64,000 bases of DNA, from contig MFBU01000014.1 of assembly GCA_001775055.1 (NCBI GenBank), positions 120,535 through 184,534 of the forward strand, in the 5' to 3' direction. The translations under genes were made by a program, and so were the position numbers. Shown in pieces: positions 36,654-47,111 of this stretch. The stretch's first letter is position 1. Every line of letters begins with the position of its first letter. The notes beneath the pieces were generated by a model. That model worked only from the letters and a program-made list of their open reading frames with translations. It had not been told where the DNA came from and did no database searches. The stretch is from Candidatus Curtissbacteria bacterium RIFCSPLOWO2_02_41_11. GTDB lineage: Bacteria > Patescibacteriota > Microgenomatia > Curtissbacterales > GWA2-41-24.

Positions 36654-37964
36654 ATGCTGAAAAATCCCAGAAGGATTCTTTTATTAATTGTTCTTTTAAC
36701 AATCGCTGCTGTTTTCCTCGATCTCCCCAAATTTAAAATCAGGAATATAGAAATTTCCCACCCCAAGATAAATACAAAGCTTGTAAAGCGCGATTTGGAA
36801 CCAAAACTTGGACTTGATCTTGCAGGCGGAGTTCAACTAACAATGTCTGCCGACATGCAAAATATTGACCCACAAGATCGTGATGCCGCTCTTGCATCCG
36901 CCAAAGATATAGTCGAAAATAGAATTGATTCCTTAGGCGTTGCCGAACCGGTAATTCAAACCGCCAAAACGCAAGCTCAATACAGACTTATCATTGAAAT
37001 TCCCGGGATTTCCGATATCGATCAAGCAGTTGCCACAGTCAAAAAAACAGCTCATCTTGAATTTAAAATTCTCAAAAAAGACTCATCCGCGGAAGCAACC
37101 TATGCCGCAAAACCAGAAGATTTTGAAGCCTCCGGTCTTACCGGTAAAGACTTAAAAAGAGCAGCCGCTGCGCCAAGTCAGGATCCTGGGACTCCCGGCT
37201 ATGTCGTCAATCTGACATTTAATCAAGATGGCGCCAAAAAATTGGAAGTGATTACCGCCGACAACCTTGAAAAGCCAATGGCTATGTATCTTGATGACCA
37301 ACCGATTTCTTGGCCGCCACCGGTAATTAAGGCGGTAATCACAGACGGCAATGCCCAAATCACCGGCAACTTTACATCAGATGAGGCCAAACAACTATCC
37401 ATTCAACTTAATGCCGGTGCTCTGCCGGTGCCCTTAAAGATTGAAAGTCAAACTCGCGTCGGGCCGACCATCGGCGCAGGTTCAATTCAAAAAAGTATTT
37501 TTGCGACGGTAGTTGGTCTTTTGTCCGTTGCACTCTTTATGGTCATTTATTATCGCATTCTTGGTATTTTTGCAGTTCTGGCACTTTTTATTTATACCCT
37601 TATTGTATTTGCAATTTTCAAAATAATTCCGGTTACTTTGACCTTGGCAGGCATTGCCGGTTTTGTTCTTTCTATTGGCATGGCCGTTGATGCCAACATT
37701 TTAATTTTTGAAAGAATCAAGGAAGAAGTTCGCTGGGGCAAACCAAAACATGAGGCTCTCTTTGCTGGTTTTAACAGGGCTTGGTCTTCAATTCGCGATT
37801 CCAATGTCTCATCACTAATTACCACTGTTATTCTTTTTAATTTCGGCACTGGCTCAATTCGCGGTTTTGCCTTAACTTTGGCAATTGGCATTTTAGTCTC
37901 AATGTTTTCGGCAATTACCGTGACTAGAACTTTTATTAGAGTATTTTGGGTACGCCAGTCATGA
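36654..37964 (+). CDS. secD: protein translocase subunit SecD
   Basis: LGLDLAGGVQLTM (SecD first periplasmic motif). Six C-terminal TM helices. Overlaps secF. Confidence 0.85.
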   Translation: MLKNPRRILLLIVLLTIAAVFLDLPKFKIRNIEISHPKINTKLVKRDLEPKLGLDLAGGVQLTMSADMQNIDPQDRDAALASAKDIVENRIDSLGVAEPVIQTAKTQAQYRLIIEIPGISDIDQAVATVKKTAHLEFKILKKDSSAEATYAAKPEDFEASGLTGKDLKRAAAAPSQDPGTPGYVVNLTFNQDGAKKLEVITADNLEKPMAMYLDDQPISWPPPVIKAVITDGNAQITGNFTSDEAKQLSIQLNAGALPVPLKIESQTRVGPTIGAGSIQKSIFATVVGLLSVALFMVIYYRILGIFAVLALFIYTLIVFAIFKIIPVTLTLAGIAGFVLSIGMAVDANILIFERIKEEVRWGKPKHEALFAGFNRAWSSIRDSNVSSLITTVILFNFGTGSIRGFALTLAIGILVSMFSAITVTRTFIRVFWVRQS

Positions 37965-38857
37965 ACATTATTAAATATCGCAACTGGTTTTTTGTTCTGT
38001 CTCTTCTGATTATAATTCCAGGCATTATTGCGCTTTCGGTTTGGGGCCTTCGACTGGGTATTGATTTTGCCGGCGGAACGCTTTGGGAAATGAAATTCGA
38101 AAAGGGAAATATCGAAACCTCACAACTTCATCAAGTTTTAAATTTAGAAAAAACCGAAGTTTCTTCTATCGCCGCAACTTCCCAAAATTCATTTTTGGTC
38201 AGATTGAAGATTACTGATGAGGCAAAAATTAATGATCTTAAAGATAAACTTACAAAAGATTTTGGTAGAGTCGAAGATGTCCGTCTGGAAACTGTCGGGC
38301 CGATAATTTCTAAGGAACTGACCAGAAAAGCTGCAACTGCCGTTTTAATTTCAATTTTGGCAATTGTTGCCTATGTCACTTGGGCTTTTAGACAAGTTCC
38401 CAAGCCGGCGACATCAATTGCTTTTGGTATCACCACAATTATTGCCCTTATTCATGATGTTATTGTGGTGGTAGGAATTTTTGCCATTCTTGGCCATTTT
38501 TTTGAAATCGAAGTTGATTCGTTATTTATCACAGCCCTTTTGACCGTAATCGGTTTTTCGGTTCACGATACGATTGTTGTCTTTGACCGTATCCGCGAAA
38601 ATCTCAAAAAGCATGGTGATTTTGCTTTTGAAGAAGTTGTTAACCATTCGGTTGTCCAGACTTTTGCCAGATCCCTAAATACCTCACTGACCGTTGTATT
38701 CGTGCTTCTGGCTCTTCTTCTATTTGGCGGCGCCTCTATTAGAAATTTTGTACTGGCCCTTTTAATTGGAATAGTTTCCGGCACCTACTCCTCAATCTTC
38801 AATGCCGCCCCACTTTTGGTCGTCTGGCAAAAGTTAAAGGTGAAAAATAAAGAATGA
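37946..38857 (+). CDS. secF: protein translocase subunit SecF
   Basis: GIDFAGGT motif. Six TM helices. C-terminal SGTYSSIF. Confidence 0.85.
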   Translation: MGTPVMNIIKYRNWFFVLSLLIIIPGIIALSVWGLRLGIDFAGGTLWEMKFEKGNIETSQLHQVLNLEKTEVSSIAATSQNSFLVRLKITDEAKINDLKDKLTKDFGRVEDVRLETVGPIISKELTRKAATAVLISILAIVAYVTWAFRQVPKPATSIAFGITTIIALIHDVIVVVGIFAILGHFFEIEVDSLFITALLTVIGFSVHDTIVVFDRIRENLKKHGDFAFEEVVNHSVVQTFARSLNTSLTVVFVLLALLLFGGASIRNFVLALLIGIVSGTYSSIFNAAPLLVVWQKLKVKNKE

Positions 38858-39408
38858 AAGTTATACTCCTTCCGGGAAATGGGTATCATGACGACATCAA
38901 TAAATATTACTGGTTCCCGTATTTAATTGAAAAACTGACACTTTTAGGCTTAAGGATTATTGCCAAAAACATGCCAGATTGGTATCTTGCACGGCGGAAA
39001 TATTGGGAACCTTTTATCATTGATACATTAAAGGCAGATAATAACTCAATTCTTATTGGTCATTCATCCGGAGCAGCCGCGACTATGCGTGTACTTGAAA
39101 AAATAAAAGTTTTAGGAGCGATTTTAGTTGCTGCACATTATACAGACCTTGGTTATAAGGAAGATAAATTAAGCGGTTACTTTGATGATTTTTGGAAATG
39201 GCCAACTATTAAAATGAACGCCAAGTGGATTGTCCAATTTGCCTCCAAAGATGATCCATTTATTCCAATTGAACATTCGCGATTCATTCATAAAAAATTA
39301 AACACTGAATATTTTGAATTTGAGAATGAAGACCATTTCGGTTTTTCGAAACCTAAAACAGAATTTCCGGAAATTGTGGAGTTGATTAAAAAAAAGATTA
39401 AAAAATAA
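38854..39408 (+). CDS. alpha/beta-fold serine hydrolase (RBBP9/YdeN-like esterase)
   Basis: LIGHSSGAAAT nucleophile elbow (GHSxG). About 180 aa, the size and layout of the YdeN/RBBP9 family. Confidence 0.5.
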   Translation: MKVILLPGNGYHDDINKYYWFPYLIEKLTLLGLRIIAKNMPDWYLARRKYWEPFIIDTLKADNNSILIGHSSGAAATMRVLEKIKVLGAILVAAHYTDLGYKEDKLSGYFDDFWKWPTIKMNAKWIVQFASKDDPFIPIEHSRFIHKKLNTEYFEFENEDHFGFSKPKTEFPEIVELIKKKIKK

Positions 39409-39412
39409 TTCT

Positions 39413-40840
39413 TCAGTTTTTTAATTCTTTTAATCTTTTTAGTAAATATTCCCGATTATTCTTTTTTTCATCATCAACCACTTCCTCAAAAAGTTTATTT
39501 AAAACTTCTCCGACTTTTGGCCCCGGTCCAATATCAAGAATTTTCATCACATCGTTCCCGTCAATTTTAAGATCGGAAACCGTGAAAGGTTTTTTCATTA
39601 CCTCTTTTAATCTTTGTCTGAAAAGCTTAAGTCTCCAAGACTCCGGCTGCTGCAAGCCTCCGCCAAGCCTATCGCCGATTCTCAAATCCATTATGTCCTC
39701 AATATTTTCTACCCCAATATTTTTAATAAAGCGCCGCAAAGCCTTATCAGTCTGATTTTCATTAACCGTAAACTGGTGCCAGCGGACTAATTTAAAAAGT
39801 TTCTCTCTCTGGATGTGTGATAGATTCCATCTTTTGGCAATTACCAGAGCTTGTCTTGAGCCAATAACCTCATGATTATGGAAAGTCCTTATCCCGTCTT
39901 CGGTTACTTCAGCCACCTTAGCTTTGCCAATATCATGAAGAAGCGTCGCAAGTTTGGTGATTGAATCTTTCGATGGACAATGTTTTAAGCTCATCACACA
40001 ATGTGTTCCTACGTCGTAAATGTGATGGCGCTTTGGGCTTTTCTGTTCAACCTCAAAAGATTCGTCAAGCTCCGGTAAAAAAACTTTCAACAGCCCTGTT
40101 TCCCTTGCTAAGAAAATTCCTTGAGCCGCATTATCATTCTCTAAAATTTTAAAAAGCTCATCACGGATTCGTTCGCCGGAAATCAAAGAGAGCAACTTCG
40201 CATTTTTGGCAATTGCCGACAGGGTTTTTTCTTCAATTTTAAATCCTAAAATCGTGGCAAAGCGGACTGCCCGCAGTAAGCGTAAAGCATCCTCACCAAA
40301 ACGTTTATTAGGATCACCAACCGTTCGGACAATTTTATTTTTTAAATCTTTCTGCCCGCCATATGGATCAACCAAAGTCAGGGTATAGGAACTAGAGGTT
40401 AAGGGATAGGTCTTTTGTCTTTGACTAGACGCTAGACTCTGATCGCTAGGGTCTACTTTTAATGCCATGGCATTGATCGTAAAATCCCGTCTGGCCAAAT
40501 CCTCATCAAGCGTCTTTCCCCAGACAATGACATCCGGATGCCGTCTATCCGTATATTTCTCTTCTTTTCGGTAAGTGGTGATTTGAACTATCTGACCCTT
40601 GACCCTTGACCCTTGACCCTTAACCCTAAGCGGCACACCGACTGTCCCGAATCGATTGTTATAAAAGGCATTTTTAAAAAGTTTCAGAATTTCCTCGGGT
40701 CTGGTATTGGTCGCTAGATCCCAGTCACTCACCGACTTTTTAGAAAGAACGTCCCTAACCGCACCTCCGACAATTGCCACCTCAAAACCAGCTTTGGTGA
40801 TCTTATCTAAAATATTTAGAACTTCTTTATCAATTGACAT
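39413..40840 (-). CDS. cca: CCA tRNA nucleotidyltransferase / poly(A) polymerase family protein with HD domain
   Basis: Head-domain motif AIVGGAVRD. RRDFTINAMA. HD-domain HDIGK. Contains a heptamer tandem repeat encoding KGQGSRVKGQ. Confidence 0.8.
   Translation of the reverse strand: MSIDKEVLNILDKITKAGFEVAIVGGAVRDVLSKKSVSDWDLATNTRPEEILKLFKNAFYNNRFGTVGVPLRVKGQGSRVKGQIVQITTYRKEEKYTDRRHPDVIVWGKTLDEDLARRDFTINAMALKVDPSDQSLASSQRQKTYPLTSSSYTLTLVDPYGGQKDLKNKIVRTVGDPNKRFGEDALRLLRAVRFATILGFKIEEKTLSAIAKNAKLLSLISGERIRDELFKILENDNAAQGIFLARETGLLKVFLPELDESFEVEQKSPKRHHIYDVGTHCVMSLKHCPSKDSITKLATLLHDIGKAKVAEVTEDGIRTFHNHEVIGSRQALVIAKRWNLSHIQREKLFKLVRWHQFTVNENQTDKALRRFIKNIGVENIEDIMDLRIGDRLGGGLQQPESWRLKLFRQRLKEVMKKPFTVSDLKIDGNDVMKILDIGPGPKVGEVLNKLFEEVVDDEKKNNREYLLKRLKELKN
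40593..40627. repeat. tandem heptanucleotide repeat (TGACCCT)x4 plus one degenerate copy, in-frame inside cca
   Basis: tgaccct tgaccct tgaccct tgaccct taaccct, read directly from the sequence. The minus-strand translation is VKGQGSRVKGQ. Confidence 0.9.
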
Positions 40841-40921
40841 AAGATTTTTAACTTAAATAAATTATAGCAGCTTAAAAGCCCTAATCAGCATACAGGGAGT
40901 GATTCTTGCTACAATATTTTT

Positions 40922-42553
40922 GTGAGAGCAAATGTCTGGAAAGTCGCGGCAAAGCCGCCATATCCTAAAAACAAAAATTGGCTGCTAAAGCTACTAGCCC
41001 AAAATAGAGGATTGACTACAAAAAAGAAATTGAACCAGTTTTTGAACCCCAGGCTTGAGGACGTCTTAAAAATTAACCCTTCGGATACTAAAAGAGCTCT
41101 AGAACGTATTATCAAAGCCATCAAAAATAAAGAGAAAATAATTGTCTATTCCGATTATGATGCTGACGGAATTTGTGCAACTGCCATCATGTGGGAAACT
41201 CTTTACGATTTAGGTGCTCAAGTTCTTCCCTACGTCCCACATAGAATAAAGGAAGGATATGGGCTTTCAAAGGGGGCAATAGATAAGCTTGCCAAAAAGG
41301 GAGTAAAGCTAATTATTACCGTTGATCATGGAGTCACCGCCAATGACCAAGTAGCCCATGCTAAATCCCTTGGTCTTGATGTTATTATCACCGATCACCA
41401 TGTCTTGCCCAAAAAACTTCCTCAAGCTTCTGCAATCGTTCATACAACCGACCTCTGTGGAGCAGGGGTTGCCTGGCGTTTCTGCTTCAATATTGTCAAA
41501 CGACTAAAATCTAGCTATCAAGAAACTTTGATTGAAAAATTAGAACTGGCAGCCTTAGCAACAATTGCCGATTTAGTGCCTTTACTTTCTGCAAATCGGG
41601 CAATTGTTAAAATTGGCCTAGAAAAACTCCGAGAAACAAAGCGGCCCGGAATTAAAGCGTTAATAAAAGCGTCAAATCTTACTACTCAACTTGGCACTTA
41701 TGAAATTGGCCATATTTTAGCTCCCCGTATCAATGCCATGGGCAGAATTGAACATGGTATTGATTCTTTAAGGCTTCTTTGCGCCAAGAACCAAAGCCAA
41801 GCCGACGATTTAGCCCAGCTCCTTTCAAAAACCAACAGCAAAAGGCAGGATTTAACAACAAAAGCAATTGCCCATGCTATTGATATGGTTGACGGTGAAA
41901 GTCCGATTGGTATTATCTCTCACCATCTTTGGCATGAGGGCATAATCGGTTTGGTAGCTGCCCGTCTTGTTGAAACCCATCACAAACCGATGGTTGTTAT
42001 TTCCCAGGGTGAAGTTTATTCAAAAGGGTCGGCCAGGTCCGTGCCGGGTTTTAATATGGTTGAGGCAATCCGTTCCGCAAGCGAATTATTGGTTGACGCT
42101 GGTGGCCATCCGATGGCTGCCGGATTCACCATCGAAACAAAACATATTGAGGAATTCACTAAAAGATTAACTTCCTATGCGCAAAGTCAAATTAGCGGTG
42201 AGCTTTTAAAACCGATTATAAATATTGAGTGTGAGCTAGATAAAAATAGTATAAATGACAAGACACTGGCAACCATCAAACTTTTTGAACCTTATGGAGT
42301 TTCCAATCCCCAGCCGATTTTTTTAACGAGAAAAATGTTAGTTGAGGATGTCAGATCTGTTGGTGCAACAGGTCAACATTTAAAACTGCAACTGGATGGT
42401 TTTGGCGCAATTGGTTTTAACATGGGAGGGTTAAAAGCAGCAATGAGGCCTGGTTATTTAGTTGACCTAGTTTACACTTTGGCAGAAGACAGTTATAACG
42501 GCCATGGAAAACTCCAGTTAAAGATCAAAGATTTGGCCATTGTCCCAAATTAG
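40922..42553 (+). CDS. recJ: single-stranded-DNA-specific exonuclease RecJ
   Basis: DHH motifs: YSDYDADGICATAIM, VDHGV, ITDHH. DHHA1 region GGHPMAAG. Confidence 0.85.
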   Translation: MRANVWKVAAKPPYPKNKNWLLKLLAQNRGLTTKKKLNQFLNPRLEDVLKINPSDTKRALERIIKAIKNKEKIIVYSDYDADGICATAIMWETLYDLGAQVLPYVPHRIKEGYGLSKGAIDKLAKKGVKLIITVDHGVTANDQVAHAKSLGLDVIITDHHVLPKKLPQASAIVHTTDLCGAGVAWRFCFNIVKRLKSSYQETLIEKLELAALATIADLVPLLSANRAIVKIGLEKLRETKRPGIKALIKASNLTTQLGTYEIGHILAPRINAMGRIEHGIDSLRLLCAKNQSQADDLAQLLSKTNSKRQDLTTKAIAHAIDMVDGESPIGIISHHLWHEGIIGLVAARLVETHHKPMVVISQGEVYSKGSARSVPGFNMVEAIRSASELLVDAGGHPMAAGFTIETKHIEEFTKRLTSYAQSQISGELLKPIINIECELDKNSINDKTLATIKLFEPYGVSNPQPIFLTRKMLVEDVRSVGATGQHLKLQLDGFGAIGFNMGGLKAAMRPGYLVDLVYTLAEDSYNGHGKLQLKIKDLAIVPN

Positions 42554-42559
42554 TTTAAA

Positions 42560-43924
42560 ATGTTGATCATGGAGCGAACCTTAGCCCTTGACTGCAAAGG
42601 TAAAGTTGGCCAGAAGGTTATTCTTTTTGGTTGGATTAACACGGTTAGGGACCATGGCAAAATTACCTTTTATGACCTAAGAGATGCATCCGGTATTATC
42701 CAGACAGTTACCAAAAAGAGATTCGATGTCTCTGCAGAAGACGTAGTCAAAATAGAAGGAGTCGTCACTAAACGCCCCCAAAAGCTTATTAATCCTCAGA
42801 TTGCAACCGGAGAGATCGAAGTAAAAGTAGATTCCCTGACAATAATTGGCAAATCAGAAACTTTGCCTTTTCCCATTGACGATTTGGGCCTTGATATCGA
42901 GGAAACACTCAGACTCAAATACAGGTATTTGGATTTGCGCCGAGAGCGCTTAGTTACCAATCTTAAACTTCGCCATCAGATGATTAATTTCATGCGCCAG
43001 TTTTTAACAAAGCGTGGTTTTGTTGAGATCGAAACGCCGATTTTAACCAAAGCCACGCCCGAAGGCGCACGCGATTTTATCGTGCCGTCGCGTTTGCAGC
43101 CGGGTAATTTTTATGCCCTGCCGCAATCACCGCAGCAATATAAACAGCTTTTGATGGTAGCCGGTTTTGAAAAATATTTCCAGATTGCCCGCTGTTTTCG
43201 GGATGAAGATCCCAGAACCGACCGCTCTTACGGCGAATTTTCCCAACTTGATCTTGAAATGTCATTTGTAAATCAAGAGGATATTCTTCAATTAATTGAA
43301 GAACTCTTTGCCGAGATTACTGAAAAAGTCTTCAAAAAGAAAGTTTACAAATTTCCCTTCCCAAGAATTAGTCATCAAGAAGCAATTGCCAAATATCAAT
43401 CAGATAAATTTGATTTGAGAGAAAAAAAAGACCCAAATGTCTTGGCCTTTGCCTTTATTGTTAACTTCCCGCTTTTTGAGAGGACCCAAAATCAGCCGAT
43501 TTCACCAAGTCATCATCCTTTTACCGCTCCCAAAGACGAAGATATTCCGCAACTTTTTAAAGATCCGATGAAGGTTAGATCATGGCAACATGATTTGGTC
43601 GCCAACGGTCTTGAAATAGGCGGCGGCAGCATCCGAATTACCGATCCTAATGTCCAGCGAAAAATTTTTAAGATTTTAGGCTACAGGGAATCTGAAATTG
43701 AGGAAAAGTTTGGCCATTTACTTAATGCTTTTATATACGGAGTACCTCCTCATGGCGGCATTGCTTTGGGTTTGGAAAGGATATTAATGGTGGCAACCGG
43801 CGAGGAGAATACCCGGGAAGTTACCGCTTTTCCGATGAGTTCATCAGGGCAGACCGCGGTTATGGATGCTCCCTCAAAAGTCGATGAGCAAACGCTCAAA
43901 GAATTAAAGCTGAAAAAGTTGTGA
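42560..43924 (+). CDS. aspS: aspartyl-tRNA synthetase (compact form lacking the bacterial insertion domain)
   Basis: OB-fold N-terminus. Class II motifs LRYRYLDLRR, FQIARCFRDEDPRTDR (motif 2), GGGSIRI and GLERI (motif 3). 454 aa. Confidence 0.85.
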   Translation: MLIMERTLALDCKGKVGQKVILFGWINTVRDHGKITFYDLRDASGIIQTVTKKRFDVSAEDVVKIEGVVTKRPQKLINPQIATGEIEVKVDSLTIIGKSETLPFPIDDLGLDIEETLRLKYRYLDLRRERLVTNLKLRHQMINFMRQFLTKRGFVEIETPILTKATPEGARDFIVPSRLQPGNFYALPQSPQQYKQLLMVAGFEKYFQIARCFRDEDPRTDRSYGEFSQLDLEMSFVNQEDILQLIEELFAEITEKVFKKKVYKFPFPRISHQEAIAKYQSDKFDLREKKDPNVLAFAFIVNFPLFERTQNQPISPSHHPFTAPKDEDIPQLFKDPMKVRSWQHDLVANGLEIGGGSIRITDPNVQRKIFKILGYRESEIEEKFGHLLNAFIYGVPPHGGIALGLERILMVATGEENTREVTAFPMSSSGQTAVMDAPSKVDEQTLKELKLKKL

Positions 43925-44814
43925 ATCTTTCGCGTTTCCTCTTAATATTTTTAATTTTAATCTCACTTCTTGTATACTTTTTTTTAACCCGAGTCCCCTC
44001 AAATAAAGTGACAACAACAGGCGAGTTACCCAAGCTTTATCCTTATCCCGTAACTATTGAAAATCCCCAAAAACCTGCGGAAATTTCCGCAAAGTCAGCC
44101 ATAATTATTGATGCTAAAACCGGCGTTGCACTTTTTGAAAAAGATCCGGATACCCGCCATTTGCCCGCTTCAACCACTAAATTATTAACAGCCATAGTTG
44201 CGCAAGAGCGATGCGACCCCCAAAAAGTTGTTAAAGTCGAAAGAGTAGTTGAGGAGGGAACACAAATGGGGCTTTCTGAAGGCGATTTAGTAAGCGTTGG
44301 AAATTTGCTTTACGGTCTTTTGGTGGCATCGGGAAATGACGCCGCCTTTGTTTTGGCCGATTCTTGCTCGGATTCTTACATTCATTTTGTCGCCTCTATG
44401 AACCAGAAAGCCAAGGAGCTGGGAATGAAAAATAGCCATTTTATCAATCCGGCCGGTTTTGATGATCCGCTGCAATACTCAACAGCCAGGGATTTGGCTA
44501 AACTTGCTAAAGTTGCTGTTGCCAATTTGCAAATAGCCAAAATCGTTGCAACGAGAAGTATTGTTGTAACCGACCAGTTAACAACTAAAACTTACTACCT
44601 TGAAAATATCAATAAATTGTTGGGAGAGGTCGAAGGACTGGAAGGAGTTAAAACCGGCCAAACTGAAGGCTCCCTGGAAATTCTACTAACTAAAACTACA
44701 AGAAATAGCCATACTATTATCACGGCTGTACTTGGATCTGATGATCGCTTCAGCGAATCAAAACAACTGATAGAATGGGTCTTTGCCAATCACCGGTGGG
44801 TTAATCCTGAGTAG
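43921..44814 (+). CDS. serine-type D-Ala-D-Ala carboxypeptidase (PBP5/6-like, class A low-MW PBP)
   Basis: SxxK ASTTK. SxN VASGND. KTG VKTGQT. N-terminal signal anchor. Confidence 0.8.
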   Translation: MNLSRFLLIFLILISLLVYFFLTRVPSNKVTTTGELPKLYPYPVTIENPQKPAEISAKSAIIIDAKTGVALFEKDPDTRHLPASTTKLLTAIVAQERCDPQKVVKVERVVEEGTQMGLSEGDLVSVGNLLYGLLVASGNDAAFVLADSCSDSYIHFVASMNQKAKELGMKNSHFINPAGFDDPLQYSTARDLAKLAKVAVANLQIAKIVATRSIVVTDQLTTKTYYLENINKLLGEVEGLEGVKTGQTEGSLEILLTKTTRNSHTIITAVLGSDDRFSESKQLIEWVFANHRWVNPE

Positions 44815-45835
44815 TCCAAGAATCATCAACCGCGCTAACATAAGCTATTTGTCCGTTGTCGCTTTTGAAAACATAAACAGGCTGCAAATAATTTTGGAAT
44901 TTTCTTGTTTCAAGATAGGATAGAACTACATCCCTGATTGGAATTGTCGAAGTAGTTGGAACTTTGTTAAAAGCACCAAAACCTGTTTTTAACTGTTCAA
45001 ACGCCTTGTTTGTCCCTTTTAAAGGATATGTTGCAAACTTGTGTGGCCTTATTGAAAGTCTTGAAAGCTCTGCTTCTACAATTCTTCTTTCGGAAACTTG
45101 TGCCTTTACCGGTGGATTATTTTCTTGTGGGCTAATTACTCCAAGGTCATCTAAACTATTTCTTTGAAAACTCACTTCTACTAAGTTGGCAGATGAAAGA
45201 GCTGGAGTTTTTGTCAAGTTACCCCCATCCAAACGAAAATAGGCGGTTTGGATTTTATCCTGGGGAAAATCATCTTGTGTGATATCAAAGTTGTTAAAGA
45301 AGTTTCGGGCTAAATCAATTGCCGCCTCAAGAGATCTTGGCCGAGTTGAAATAACCTGCGGGTCGTTTTGATAATTACTCGCCAGTACGAAATTACCACT
45401 GGCGATATTAACTGTAATACTACGGTCTTCTTTAGGATCTTGAAATTTAAAGGTATTACCTGCAACTTCTTGTGGTTCGCCCGTAAAACCGATTTTGGAG
45501 ACTCTGATTTTAGTTCGCTCGAGTGCCCCAAAAGAAGACTCATCAGTATCTATCGCAAAAACTTTGGCCTTATCTACCAAATTTGGTAATTGGCCGCTGA
45601 TTGTTTCAATTTTAAAACTTGTATTGCTTTTTATCTGATAGCCCTCAGAAAGATCAAGCTTCGGCAATTTGCCGAATGCAACCGTTGCCGGTGGCGGTTT
45701 AGGAGGAAAGACCGTACTTGCGATAGTTTTACCAAGAACAATTAGAAGTACCAAAACTAAAAGCGCCCCAAGCCCCCAAATTAGCCACTTAAATGCTTTC
45801 CTGGAAAAAAATGCGGTTTCAGTTAAAGATGTCAT
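44801..45835 (-). CDS. membrane-anchored secreted hypothetical protein
   Basis: The ORF extends to 45955, but the probable start is Met at 45835 (MTSLTE...), just before a TM helix. This avoids the 95-nt overlap with gltX. Confidence 0.35.
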   Translation of the reverse strand: MTSLTETAFFSRKAFKWLIWGLGALLVLVLLIVLGKTIASTVFPPKPPPATVAFGKLPKLDLSEGYQIKSNTSFKIETISGQLPNLVDKAKVFAIDTDESSFGALERTKIRVSKIGFTGEPQEVAGNTFKFQDPKEDRSITVNIASGNFVLASNYQNDPQVISTRPRSLEAAIDLARNFFNNFDITQDDFPQDKIQTAYFRLDGGNLTKTPALSSANLVEVSFQRNSLDDLGVISPQENNPPVKAQVSERRIVEAELSRLSIRPHKFATYPLKGTNKAFEQLKTGFGAFNKVPTTSTIPIRDVVLSYLETRKFQNYLQPVYVFKSDNGQIAYVSAVDDSWTTQD

Positions 45836-45860
45836 TGTTTGCCTATGATACAATTTTACC

Positions 45861-47111
45861 ATGTCACGCGTGGTAGTCAGATATGCTCCGTCTCCAACGG
45901 GCATCCCCCATATCGGTAATATCAGAACCGCCCTTTTTAACTTCTTATTGGCCAAAAATCAAAATGGGCAATTTATCCTGCGGATTGAAGACACCGACCG
46001 CAAAAGATTTATTCCCAAGTCTATTCCCAAAATCAAAGAAAGCCTTCTAGTTTTGGGTTTGAAATGGGATGGAGAGGAAATTTATCAATCAAAAAGGCTT
46101 AATTTATACCAAGAACATCTCGAAATCCTCAAGAAAAAACAACTCACTTATAATAAAGAAGGTGCTTGGTACTTTAAAGTTGAAAAGAGCAAGAAGATCA
46201 GTTGGCAAGATTTACTTCACGGACCAATCAACTTTTCTTCGGATGTAATTGAGGATTTTGTAATTGTTAAATCCGATGGCTTTCCGACTTATCATTTTGC
46301 ATCGGTAGTTGATGATCATGAAATGCAAGTATCCCATGTGATGCGTGGTGACGAATGGATTTCTTCAACCCCCAAGCATTTACTCCTCTATCAAGCCTTT
46401 TCTTGGAATCCGCCTAAATTTATCCACTTGCCGCCGATTTTAGGCCCTGACAAGAAAAAGCTTTCCAAAAGGCAAGGCGCCCGATCAGTCCTCGAATACA
46501 TCGAAGATGGATATCTGCCGGAAGCTCTTGTTAATTTTCTGGCTCTTTTAGGTTGGTCACCCAAAGGAGACAGAGAGCTTTTTATACTTGATGAGCTCAT
46601 CCGCGAATTTTCCCTCGACCGGCTCAACAAAAACAGTCCGATTTTTAATATTGAGAAACTCAACTGGTTTAACAAAAAATACTTGCAAAAATACACGAGT
46701 GATGAACTTATTAAAAAAATCAGAAATTTTTCAAAATTGGCCAAAACTGTTAATGATCAACATTTGGTCAAAATCAGCCGTTTGGTCTGTGATCGCTTAA
46801 CGACTTTGGCTGATTTTGATTCGATTGCTTCAATTTTTTTCGAAAAAGGCAAAGAAAAACCACCACAGAAATCAAAAATCGAAAATGCCAGAAAAGCCAT
46901 AGAGTCAATCATTACCTGGGACGAGTATTCAATCGGTCAGGTACTGGACGAATGGATCGCAAGTAATCATTTTGAAAGCTCGGATTTTAAAAATACTCTC
47001 CGTCTTTCTGTCTTTGCTGATAATACTCCGCCAATCTACCAAAGCCTAGCAGTTTTATCCAAAGAAGAAGTGATAAATCGAATCGATGATGCCATCAAAA
47101 AAGCAAAATAG
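45861..47111 (+). CDS. gltX: glutamyl-tRNA synthetase (short form, 416 aa)
   Basis: VRYAPSPTGIPHIGNIRTA (HIGH region). RIEDTDRKR. KLSKRQG (KMSKS-type). Confidence 0.85.
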   Translation: MSRVVVRYAPSPTGIPHIGNIRTALFNFLLAKNQNGQFILRIEDTDRKRFIPKSIPKIKESLLVLGLKWDGEEIYQSKRLNLYQEHLEILKKKQLTYNKEGAWYFKVEKSKKISWQDLLHGPINFSSDVIEDFVIVKSDGFPTYHFASVVDDHEMQVSHVMRGDEWISSTPKHLLLYQAFSWNPPKFIHLPPILGPDKKKLSKRQGARSVLEYIEDGYLPEALVNFLALLGWSPKGDRELFILDELIREFSLDRLNKNSPIFNIEKLNWFNKKYLQKYTSDELIKKIRNFSKLAKTVNDQHLVKISRLVCDRLTTLADFDSIASIFFEKGKEKPPQKSKIENARKAIESIITWDEYSIGQVLDEWIASNHFESSDFKNTLRLSVFADNTPPIYQSLAVLSKEEVINRIDDAIKKAK

